A stretch of DNA of 64,000 bases from Coleofasciculus sp. B1-GNL1-01 (GTDB taxonomy: Bacteria > Cyanobacteriota > Cyanobacteriia > Cyanobacteriales > Coleofasciculaceae): the NCBI GenBank assembly GCA_040220235.1, contig JAVJTO010000044.1; one strand, given 5' to 3'. Positions 10,989 through 18,461 of the stretch are shown one piece after another (the first letter of the stretch is position 1; every line of letters starts with the position of its first letter). A model generated the notes under the pieces. The model did not search any database. It was not told the origin of the DNA and saw only the letters and a program-made list of their open reading frames with translations. The position numbers and the translations under genes were made by a program.

Positions 10989-12053
10989 GTGAAAAACGAT
11001 ACCATTCAGCCCATCCTATCTCGCCTATTTAACCGCTTACGCCAAAGCGGATTCAACTTGGGTGTGGGTGAATATCGGGCAGCGCTAGAGGCAATTGAAG
11101 GGGGCTATGGGTCAAGTAGCTTAGAAGAACTCGAACGGGTGTTAACATTACTCTGGTGTCATTCCCGCGCCGAACAAAGCCAGTTTCAGTTCATTTGGGA
11201 ATCGGTAATCGCAGACACCTCAACGGTGGAACCGAAACCACCACGCCGCACCTCTAAACCGGAACCCTCACCAGAACCCCAAGATAAACCGCTAGCCGCT
11301 CCCTCACCTCAACCTGTAGAATCCGTGCAACCCCAACCCGCTCTAGAGTTAGCGCCGTTGCCGATTCGCGCTCCCTTTACCCCGGTTGAAACGGAAGATA
11401 CCCCCCAACTACAAACCGATAGACCCATTTCCCGCCGTGCGATGGTGTATAGTTGGCGTTATCTGCGCCGTCCGATTCTAGATGGTCCAGAGGATGTTGT
11501 GGATGAGCGGGCGACAGTGGAAACCGTGGCGCGTCAGGGATTTTTTCTCACCCCGGTTTATCGGCGTCGGGAACGGAATGCGGCTCATTTGCTGTTGTTA
11601 ATCGACCAAGATGGGTCAATGACACCCTTCCATCGCTTTACCCGTGACTTGGTGGAAACGGCGCAATATGAAAGTTCGATTGGGCAAGTGGATGTTAGCT
11701 ATTTTCACAATATTCCGGCAAAAAGCGTCTATCATGACCCCTATTTGACCCAACCTGTCCTGTTGGAGCGGGTGTTAGCCACCTGTGATAATAACACCAG
11801 TGTTTTCATCGTCAGCGATGCAGGGGCGGCGCGGGGATATCGGCGGTTAGAGCGAATTCGAGCCACGACGGAGGTATTATTTCAAATTAAGCAACAGACC
11901 AATCTGATAGCCTGGTTAAATCCCATGCCCCAAGAGCGTTGGGGGAGTACCTCAGCTCAACTCATTGCCCATCTTGTGCCAATGTATCCCATGGATAACG
12001 ATGGATTAAGTCATGCGATCGATATTGTACGCGGACAGCCGTTGTCACCGTAG
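10989..12053 (+). CDS. vWA domain protein (CoxE-like partner of MoxR)
   Basis: LIDQDGSM MIDAS-like motif, SDAGAARG and WLNPMP..RW, with a Pro-rich linker; follows moxR. Confidence 0.85.
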   Translation: MKNDTIQPILSRLFNRLRQSGFNLGVGEYRAALEAIEGGYGSSSLEELERVLTLLWCHSRAEQSQFQFIWESVIADTSTVEPKPPRRTSKPEPSPEPQDKPLAAPSPQPVESVQPQPALELAPLPIRAPFTPVETEDTPQLQTDRPISRRAMVYSWRYLRRPILDGPEDVVDERATVETVARQGFFLTPVYRRRERNAAHLLLLIDQDGSMTPFHRFTRDLVETAQYESSIGQVDVSYFHNIPAKSVYHDPYLTQPVLLERVLATCDNNTSVFIVSDAGAARGYRRLERIRATTEVLFQIKQQTNLIAWLNPMPQERWGSTSAQLIAHLVPMYPMDNDGLSHAIDIVRGQPLSP

Positions 12054-12171
12054 GGGCGCACCGACGTGCGCCCTTTACCGACGTGCGCCCTTTGCTGACG
12101 TGCGCCCTTGTACCCATTACCATGCCGCTATGGTGTGTTACCGTTTGCGAGCCAGTAGGATAAGGAAAACA

Positions 12172-12381
12172 ATGATTAAATCAGGAACGGGTGACTCCTT
12201 GGATTATGACCCAACTAAAGAAAACGTTCACGCAGCAACTGATCCAGATAAATGTAGGGACATGGAACGCAGAAATGGGTGGAGATTAAAGAAAATCAAG
12301 CCAACACGCGATCCGACATTGAAAGTTGATTGCGTATTCTATGGTGAACAAACAACATTTGAAGATGAACGCTATGACTAA
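12172..12381 (+). CDS. Small hypothetical protein (module gene A, copy 1), 69 aa
   Basis: AAGGA RBS before ATG 12172; clearly similar to 59089..59310. Confidence 0.75.
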   Translation: MIKSGTGDSLDYDPTKENVHAATDPDKCRDMERRNGWRLKKIKPTRDPTLKVDCVFYGEQTTFEDERYD

Positions 12382-12760
12382 AGTTAAAGCTGAAACCTGG
12401 ATTGTTTACAAAACCGAGACAATGAGCGCTCCCGGATGGGAAAATCGTCAACTGCTACCAGCCGGATCGATGACCGACATAATCAGCGAAGAATGGGATA
12501 GTTCCGGTCATCTCCCCAAAATAGGCGATCGCATCCGCGAGTATACAAATTTAGACAATCCAGAACAAGGCGGAATTACCCATAGTCGGGATGGAGACTG
12601 GGTTGTCACCACGATTCACCAGTTTTCTTCCCCCGACACTCCTACTCATATTGTTGTTTGTTACTGTTCTTACCAACCCATCACACCTAACTGGGTCAAA
12701 CTCAAGCGCGGGAAACCGGTAAATGACATGCTCGAAACGGTTAGCACTGGGGTTGAGTGA
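12374..12760 (+). CDS. Hypothetical protein (module gene B, copy 1), 128 aa
   Basis: ATG overlaps the gene A stop (ATGACTAA); clearly similar to 58699..59085. Confidence 0.8.
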   Translation: MTKVKAETWIVYKTETMSAPGWENRQLLPAGSMTDIISEEWDSSGHLPKIGDRIREYTNLDNPEQGGITHSRDGDWVVTTIHQFSSPDTPTHIVVCYCSYQPITPNWVKLKRGKPVNDMLETVSTGVE

Positions 12761-12860
12761 ACTATCACAAGAGAGCATGTCAAGGAAAGCAGATAATGTT
12801 TAGGCGTTGGGTGATTCACCTAAGAAGGCTGACGCTGCTTACGTCGCGATCGCGCTATAT

Positions 12861-12990
12861 AGTTGTAGGTTGGGTTGACGCTTGTTACCCAACAGAATCT
12901 AGGGCTAAAGCCCTGACTACGAACGAGTTGTAGGTTGGGTTGACGCTTGTTACCCAACGGAATTTAGGGCTAAAGCCCTGACTACGAACG
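12861..12990. repeat. 2 x 65-bp tandem repeat, each unit containing two oppositely oriented GTAG-REP palindromes (BIME-like)
   Basis: agttgtaggttgggttgacgcttgttacccaac(a/g)gaat(c/t)tagggctaaagccctgactacgaacg occurs at 12861 and 12926 with 2 mismatches. Confidence 0.9.
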
Positions 12991-12993
12991 AAC

Positions 12994-14583
12994 ATGAATA
13001 CCGCCACTGTAGCTAACCGAGATAAGGAAATTGCCAGACAACGGGTGAACCAATTTGTCCGGCGATTTGAGGAATCTTATCGGCTTTTGGCGTATCATGC
13101 GGCACTTCCTTTGGTGCTAACCCCGGAACTGCTCAATTATCTGCGGAATCAATTTCTGCGCGGACAAGTGCCTTGGCTGGCGGAAGTGGATTTGTTGCTG
13201 TCGGATTTGTGTAGTCCGGTGGGGTACGAACTCTATGCTATGGATACCGCCGTTCGTGCCTATTTGCTGGAGGAAATGCATAATGATGCGGCACTCTCCA
13301 GCCAACGGATGCAGGAGGTGGCTCGATTATTATTGGGGTATGTTCGCCATCTGGCACAGACGAATCCGTTTATTAGTAAACAGGAATTAGAGGCGCAACA
13401 GTGGGCGGCAATGGTGTACCTTGATAACCAGCGAGAAAATGCTGTGCGTCAGATTGTGCAAGCGTTTCAAGAGAGTCGGGCAATCGGGGGAAGTCGCTGG
13501 CAAACTGAAATGGCGCGTTTGTCCCGAATTACGCAGGAACTTGCCCCTCAATTAAGGGCTTACCCAAATCTGTTGGAGTATGCTGAGTTAATTACTCGCT
13601 TTGTGGCTGAACCTGAATCAGTGAATCCCGAAGCTGGGACGCATTCCTACTCAGTTCTAGGGGAAAATCTGGACATCCCGGAGGAATGGATTGCTGAAGG
13701 TACGGGTTCATTTCCTCCCTTGCAGGTGTTTGAGTTTGAGGTGGTGACGGTTGATAAACAGGGTAATATCATTGACAAAACTCAGGAGCAAGGGCAATAT
13801 TTTCGGGAAGATTTGGGCAATGGTGTCACCTTGGATATGGTGGCGATTCCAGGAGGGTCATTTCTGATGGGTTCTCCCGATACGGAAGCAGGACACAGAG
13901 ATAGTGAAAGTCCCCAGCATTCGGTAACGGTTCAACCCTTTTTCATGGGGAAATACCCGGTAACTCAGGCACAATGGCAGGCGATTGCTAATCTACCTCA
14001 AGTCGATAAAGAACTTGACCCTGACCCGTCTAATTTTAAAGGATCAGATCGACCCGTTGAGCAAGTATCGTGGTATGATTGTGTAGAGTTTTGTGCGCGG
14101 TTATCGCAGTACACAGGACGAGACTACCGACTTCCTAGTGAAGCCGAGTGGGAATATGCCTGTCGTGCGGGAACAACAACGCCGTTTCATTTTGGTGAAA
14201 CGATTACTACGGATTTAGCCAATTACGACGGCAATTATACTTATGGTGAAGGTCATAAGGGTAAGTATCTTAAAAAGACTACCCCGGTCGGGAGTTTTCA
14301 GGTAGCGAACCCCTTTGGCTTATTTGATCTGCATGGAAATGTGTGGGAATGGTGTGCTGACCATTGGCATGATAGTTATGAAGGTGCGCCGCCGGATGGT
14401 CAAGCTTGGTTATTGGATGAGGATGAGGATGAAAATGATAATCATTCTCGGCTGTTGCGCGGTGGTTCGTGGATCCTCAATCCCAGGTACTGTCGTTGTG
14501 CTAGTCGCGACAGGGATACCCCTGTCATCAGGTTCAACTACTTCGGGTTTCGGGTTGTCTGTGGTGCGGCGTGGACTCCTTAG
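12994..14583 (+). CDS. FGE-sulfatase/SUMF1 (CLec-fold) domain protein; probable DGR target
   Basis: [39 protein letters not shown] and RGGSW...GFRVVC motifs; N-terminal HAALPLVLTPELL domain of the kind found after vWA genes. Confidence 0.92.
   Translation: MNTATVANRDKEIARQRVNQFVRRFEESYRLLAYHAALPLVLTPELLNYLRNQFLRGQVPWLAEVDLLLSDLCSPVGYELYAMDTAVRAYLLEEMHNDAALSSQRMQEVARLLLGYVRHLAQTNPFISKQELEAQQWAAMVYLDNQRENAVRQIVQAFQESRAIGGSRWQTEMARLSRITQELAPQLRAYPNLLEYAELITRFVAEPESVNPEAGTHSYSVLGENLDIPEEWIAEGTGSFPPLQVFEFEVVTVDKQGNIIDKTQEQGQYFREDLGNGVTLDMVAIPGGSFLMGSPDTEAGHRDSESPQHSVTVQPFFMGKYPVTQAQWQAIANLPQVDKELDPDPSNFKGSDRPVEQVSWYDCVEFCARLSQYTGRDYRLPSEAEWEYACRAGTTTPFHFGETITTDLANYDGNYTYGEGHKGKYLKKTTPVGSFQVANPFGLFDLHGNVWEWCADHWHDSYEGAPPDGQAWLLDEDEDENDNHSRLLRGGSWILNPRYCRCASRDRDTPVIRFNYFGFRVVCGAAWTP
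14452..14570 (+). other. Putative DGR variable region (VR)
   Basis: Codons between GGSW and GFRV (ATC CTC AAT, TAC, AGT, GAC, GAT ACC, GTC ATC, TTC AAC TAC TTC) end in C/T and are derivable from AAC/AAT by changes at A positions. Confidence 0.75.
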
Positions 14584-14634
14584 CCCTTGACACTTTTGCC
14601 CTTTTCCCCTCTGTCCTTTATTCTTTTCCCTTTT

Positions 14635-14664
14635 CCCGCCTGCGGCGGGTCGATTTTTTTTTTT
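14635..14664. promoter_or_regulatory. GC hairpin CCCGCC-TGC-GGCGGG plus T-tract (DGR target cruciform and/or intrinsic terminator)
   Basis: Perfect 6-bp stem with a 3-nt loop (GCA on the - strand), 51 nt after the target stop and preceded by a pyrimidine-rich tract. Confidence 0.65.
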
Positions 14665-14739
14665 GAGATTTATACGCAAGGGTGGCAATAATCGTCTGCC
14701 AGAATACCTCCTGTAACTTTTTAATGTACGATTGAGTCT

Positions 14740-14875
14740 GTGAGCGATTTACCGATTATCCAGAAAACCTACGATTTAATTCGCTGGTACATCCCGATTC
14801 TTAACCGCCTGCCGCGAAATCATAAATTTCTGTTAGGTACTCGGGTCATTAGCAGATTGTATGATCTCTTAGACA
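14740..14875 (+). pseudogene. avd: Truncated DGR accessory variability determinant Avd
   Basis: [44 protein letters not shown] matches the N-terminus of cyanobacterial Avd. Similarity stops after ~45 aa and runs into repeat DNA. Confidence 0.8.
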
Positions 14876-14940
14876 GACCGAGCATAAATTATAGCACGGT
14901 AATTTGTAAGGGTATGGCAATGCTGTACCCCTACCATTGG

Positions 14941-15156
14941 TAATACCAAACCGCCTTTGATATCATGTCCGGTCAAACACCCCTAATAAAAACGCCTGAA
15001 ACCCCTGTTATTGCAGCATTGCAATTATGGGCAATCGTTAGGACATGATATGAAACCCCCTTTTTGCCTTGGCGACTGGAAGTCGCAGCTACACAAGCAA
15101 AGTCCGCCTGCGCGGACTAGATTATAAAGGGGGCGGCTAACCCGGATTTGGTATTA
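14941..15156. mobile_element. MITE-like element with a nested second MITE (14961..15050)
   Basis: Outer ends TAATACCAAA...TTTGGTATTA; inner ends TATCATGTCC...GGACATGATA; a related inverted copy starts at 17905. Confidence 0.6.
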
Positions 15157-15435
15157 GATATCGGGGTATTTTCTCGCGTTATGAAGAACACGGAGGATAT
15201 GTACCTGATTGTTTTTAACTCGGTAGACCACAAAATAGGGTGTCTTTGAGATAACCAACTCCCTTGTCCCTTCAACGCGCCCGGTTCTTCCCATATATGG
15301 GAATTTTGCTAACTGCTCAACCGCTGCTTGTATTTTTAAAACAGTATTTGTTGCAGCGTCTGGGTTATCTTCGCAAATGTAGGCATGAAGCTGCTCAAGG
15401 TTGCGTAGTGCTTTGCGTAACCATCTAACTTTCAT
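15154..15435 (-). CDS. RelE/ParE family toxin
   Basis: MKVRWLRKALRNL...FPYMGRTGRVEGTRELVI...YRVK..VHILRVLH; overlaps its antitoxin. Confidence 0.9.
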   Translation of the reverse strand: MKVRWLRKALRNLEQLHAYICEDNPDAATNTVLKIQAAVEQLAKFPYMGRTGRVEGTRELVISKTPYFVVYRVKNNQVHILRVLHNARKYPDI

Positions 15436-15667
15436 GGGTCAACCGAGCAAAGACGGCGGTTACCTCGTCTTCACTGGCAAAATCCCCAGCATCAGCTTCA
15501 GCGATACCCTGCTGAATCTCTTTGAGTTGCCACTGATGCATTTCCAGGTAAGTATTAATTGCCTGATTCAATACGTAGGTTAAATTACGATCCATACCAG
15601 CAGCAATAGCATCCAGTGCAGCTCTTTTATCAGGATCAAGTCGAAAGGTTACATTTTCCTTGCTCAT
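15425..15667 (-). CDS. CopG/RHH antitoxin
   Basis: MSKENVTFRLD...LDAIAAGMDRNLTYVLNQAI...IQQGIAEADAGDFAS. The real start is ATG 15667, inside the longer track ORF. Confidence 0.85.
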   Translation of the reverse strand: MSKENVTFRLDPDKRAALDAIAAGMDRNLTYVLNQAINTYLEMHQWQLKEIQQGIAEADAGDFASEDEVTAVFARLTHES

Positions 15668-15716
15668 CAGACAGGTCCTTCGTTGAGGGTTGGTTGAAAT
15701 GCAGCGGCACTCTTTT

Positions 15717-15745
15717 ATCATGCACTGTATTGCATTGCATTGCAA
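15717..15745 (-). promoter_or_regulatory. Putative TA promoter (TTGCAA-17-CATGAT) overlapped by TGCA repeats (possible RHH operator)
   Basis: The - strand reads TTGCAAtgcaatgcaatacagtgCATGAT, ~50 nt upstream of the antitoxin ATG. Confidence 0.5.
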
Positions 15746-15883
15746 GAAGAACGTTACCTGACTGGATTCGGGTACGAACCGAACACCTGCGCCGCGCCAG
15801 ACGTCGCATCCGCTTACAAAGGGACTGCAATCAGGGTAACTTGAGAGGGCGCAGGTCCTTGCGCCCCTACCCAAGATACGATG

Positions 15884-16366
15884 TCACTCTTGAACGGTAG
15901 AAGTCACCGCATCCGCATCAAAAACTACCTCGAACTGTGCATCAGGTATCCACTTTGCCAGAAAGCGCTGGTGATTTTGGGCTTCTGTGCGACTGTAGAA
16001 GCGAGCAACCGTATAATGTTGAGCATTCGGCAAAAGCCTCACCAGTGTCCAAGGATAATACTGTTGACTCCAAAAGCTGTGGTTAGACTTGGGTGATGGT
16101 TCGGCTGTGCGCCCACATCCCCGATGCTCCAAAATAGAACGAATCATCGCTAAAAGTCGCTCTCGCTGTGGCGTTCCATCATTGGGTAACAAACTCCACT
16201 CGTTGATTGGTGTGGGTAGCCAAGTCAAGCGATAGGTCATCGAATCTTTGCGAATATGCCAAGACAGGCGGCGTGGCTGTTTGCGACAGTTGAACCCATC
16301 GGCGCGAAAAGACGCAACAATCCTGTCGCCTTCAGCTTGCAGGCGAAGCCATTGAGAATGTTTCAT
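15884..16366 (-). CDS. Hypothetical protein (C-terminal PWxxVRLLPN..VARF..R.EA..H..FL..FEVVFD domain)
   Basis: Start at MKHSQW is inferred. The C-terminal motif resembles small cyanobacterial proteins I recall from mobile regions, divergent from XRE genes. Confidence 0.6.
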   Translation of the reverse strand: MKHSQWLRLQAEGDRIVASFRADGFNCRKQPRRLSWHIRKDSMTYRLTWLPTPINEWSLLPNDGTPQRERLLAMIRSILEHRGCGRTAEPSPKSNHSFWSQQYYPWTLVRLLPNAQHYTVARFYSRTEAQNHQRFLAKWIPDAQFEVVFDADAVTSTVQE

Positions 16367-16435
16367 TGTTATGATGATTGTGATTGTTTTTTGAGAAAGG
16401 GCGATCAGGCACAAAACATAAGCGATCGCCCCTTA

Positions 16436-16614
16436 TCTATGGAAGGCTTTCTCAAAACTTACACACGAGGCGATTGAAATCGCAGCTACACATAACATAA
16501 GTTTGTATAGCTCCATGATGGAACATGAGAGCAACGTGCTTCGTGTGAGAAACTACACCATAGAGAGACAGGGAAACAAGAAGTATCGGGACTTCTAATA
16601 GCGTTTCCCCCGTC
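16436..16614 (-). ncRNA. Candidate structured RNA / 5' leader (copy 1)
   Basis: Nested hairpin 16567..16614 shows compensatory changes relative to copy 2. A second long-range pairing is possible between 16541-16563 and 16437-16468. Confidence 0.45.
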
Positions 16615-16628
16615 AGTTTTTTGCTGTT

Positions 16629-16649
16629 AATGCACCACTGTGGTGCATT
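16629..16649. promoter_or_regulatory. Perfect palindrome AATGCACCAC-T-GTGGTGCATT, putative operator of XRE-1
   Basis: Lies immediately upstream of the XRE-1 start, in the divergent promoter region. Confidence 0.55.
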
Positions 16650-16656
16650 GCTAAGT

Positions 16657-16905
16657 ATGATAATAGACGATCAGAATCCAGATTTCAACCCCAATGTGCC
16701 AACTCTCAAACAAGTTCGTGAACGCTTAGGTATGACCCAAGAGCAGTTTGCAGATGCACTAGGATTATCGCGAAACACGATTAATCGGTACGAACGCGGT
16801 ATACACCAGCGCATTGCTCTTTCTGTGGGTCAGATCAAACGACTTGTCGAACTCATGAAGCAAGCAGGATTATCAATAGAAGACTTACCCGACGATATCG
16901 AATGA
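16657..16905 (+). CDS. XRE-family HTH regulator (paralog 1)
   Basis: LKQVRERLGMTQEQFADALGLSRNTINRYERG; start is inferred. Confidence 0.85.
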   Translation: MIIDDQNPDFNPNVPTLKQVRERLGMTQEQFADALGLSRNTINRYERGIHQRIALSVGQIKRLVELMKQAGLSIEDLPDDIE

Positions 16906-16970
16906 GTTAGCATCAGCTAGAGGCTTGAACTATAACTCGTTGTCTTTCCCATCACCTCCTAGTCTTGGCG

Positions 16971-17043
16971 TCGTGTGAGAAACTTACCCATAGACAGATA
17001 GGGAAACAGGAAGTATGGGGACTTCCCCAAACGTTTCCCCATC
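16971..17043 (-). ncRNA. Candidate structured RNA (copy 2, partial)
   Basis: Same nested hairpin and TTTCTCACACGA motif as copy 1, offset by 430 bp. Confidence 0.45.
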
Positions 17044-17092
17044 CTTTTTGTTTTGTTGTCCAATTAGGACAAGTTGTCCTTTGCTGATTAAA

Positions 17093-17335
17093 ATGGTAGA
17101 CGATACAGATTGGAATAGCAACCCTCACTTGCCAACTCTTAGACAAGTTCGTGAACGCCTGAATATGACTCAGGAAGAATTTGCGCGTGAACTGGGGACA
17201 ACAACCAGAACCATTGGACGTCACGAACGAGGGGAACACAAGCTGAGGCTGACTTTAGGGCAAATCAAACGTTTGAAAGAACTTCTCGAACAAGCAGGAA
17301 TGTCAATCGACGACTTACCCGACGATATAGATTGA
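17093..17335 (+). CDS. XRE-family HTH regulator (paralog 2)
   Basis: LRQVRERLNMTQEEFARELGTTTRTIGRHERG; shares the C-terminal LPDDI(D/E) with paralog 1. Confidence 0.85.
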   Translation: MVDDTDWNSNPHLPTLRQVRERLNMTQEEFARELGTTTRTIGRHERGEHKLRLTLGQIKRLKELLEQAGMSIDDLPDDID

Positions 17336-17468
17336 GACAATATCAGTTCATCCGGTGTCTCAAGACTAGGCAGAAACAGGGATAGAGCAAGACTGAGAGA
17401 CGGTATGCGATCGCGTGTTTTGGGGTGGAGAATGCGATCGCACATCCAGCCTTCCCTCGTTTAAGTGT

Positions 17469-17494
17469 GACAGATAGTCCGTAGACTGATCGTC
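17469..17494 (+). promoter_or_regulatory. C-box-like operator (GACAGATAGTC-CGTA-GACTGATCGTC)
   Basis: Two GAC..GTC half-sites separated by CGTA, ~24 nt upstream of a C-protein-like ATG. Confidence 0.7.
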
Positions 17495-17517
17495 AACTTT
17501 AGATGATCATAATTTTT

Positions 17518-17766
17518 ATGAAAGACTCTAAAGTAAAAATCTTGAAAGCTTTGGGATTATTGATTAGACAGCACAGGGCATCTATGGGAATTTCTCAGGA
17601 AGAGTTGGGATTACGTTGCCATCTTGATCGAACATATATATCAGGATTGGAGCGTGGTGTGAGAAATCCTTCTCTGACTGCACTTGTTACTCTTGCCAAC
17701 GGTTTGAACATGACCGTCGCTCAACTTTTAGAAAATATAGAAGTAGAAGCAAGGAATATCCAGTGA
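17518..17766 (+). CDS. Controller (C)-protein-like XRE regulator
   Basis: GISQEELGLRCHLDRTYISGLERGVRNPSL is the typical restriction-modification C-protein HTH pattern. Confidence 0.8.
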   Translation: MKDSKVKILKALGLLIRQHRASMGISQEELGLRCHLDRTYISGLERGVRNPSLTALVTLANGLNMTVAQLLENIEVEARNIQ

Positions 17767-17904
17767 ATCCAGAGTCAGCGGAGAACTTCAGAGCAAAGTT
17801 AAAAGTATGTAGGGTGGGCAAGAATGATAAATAGGGAAAGGTTTATATTATCATTTATTGCTTTTGCCCACCTCACGGGAACCGAAAATTATCCCCCGTC
17901 ATTT

Positions 17905-18006
17905 TATACCAAATCCGGGGAACGCTACCCCCGTTAAAACCCAGTCCGCGCAGGCGGACTTTGTTTGTGTAGCAGCGATTTCAATCGCCATGGCAAAAGG
18001 GGGTTC
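17905..18006. mobile_element. MITE-like repeat, inverted relative to 15053..15156
   Basis: ataccaaatccggg...agtccgcgcaggcggactttg.ttgtgtagc.gcga...ggcaaaagggggtt aligns with the reverse complement of 15053..15156. Confidence 0.65.
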
Positions 18007-18461
18007 CTTTATTTATCTCATATTGGCAGAAGTTGATAGATGAATAAGTTTTTTTAAGATTCTCAATACATCACCTAAACCATTTTTGCGATTGCCAATT
18101 CCAAACAAATCAGACATGGCATACATAGGGGTAGCGGCTTTGACTAATTTGAGGAATAGAAAACTCCCCTCAGGCAGAGAGAAGTCTAGAGAAAATCTGC
18201 TGTACAATGTGCCTATGATTCAACAGGCGATCGCACTCCTTAATCGGCTTCTGTGGGCGCACGTCGGTTATGGGTGTCAAGTTAAGCTACAGCCGCCACG
18301 CCTATGCCTGTTTCCCAAGGGTGACAGAGGAGGGCAATAGGGCAGACGTAGCCTCATTCTCAGGTTTGAGAAGGGAATGAATCGCCGCCAAATCATTGCA
18401 TTTGTTTGCCTGGTAATTTTAAGCTTACAATAAACCCAGAAAGCCGTTCTATGAGCAGAAT

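Noticed and set aside
12013..12171. N-terminal extension of the 122-aa track ORF
   Set aside because: It translates REP and tandem repeats; the RBS and homology support a start at 12172.
12861..12990. Possible mini CRISPR array
   Set aside because: Two contiguous 65-bp units with no unique spacer, built from REP palindromes; no cas genes in the window.
15668..15900. Extended antitoxin ORF and overlapping short ORFs
   Set aside because: The extension reads through promoter and REP DNA; the RHH domain starts at 15667.
18013..18340. Short ORFs on both strands
   Set aside because: No recognisable motif; the region is a patchwork of repeat ends and a duplicated gene stub.
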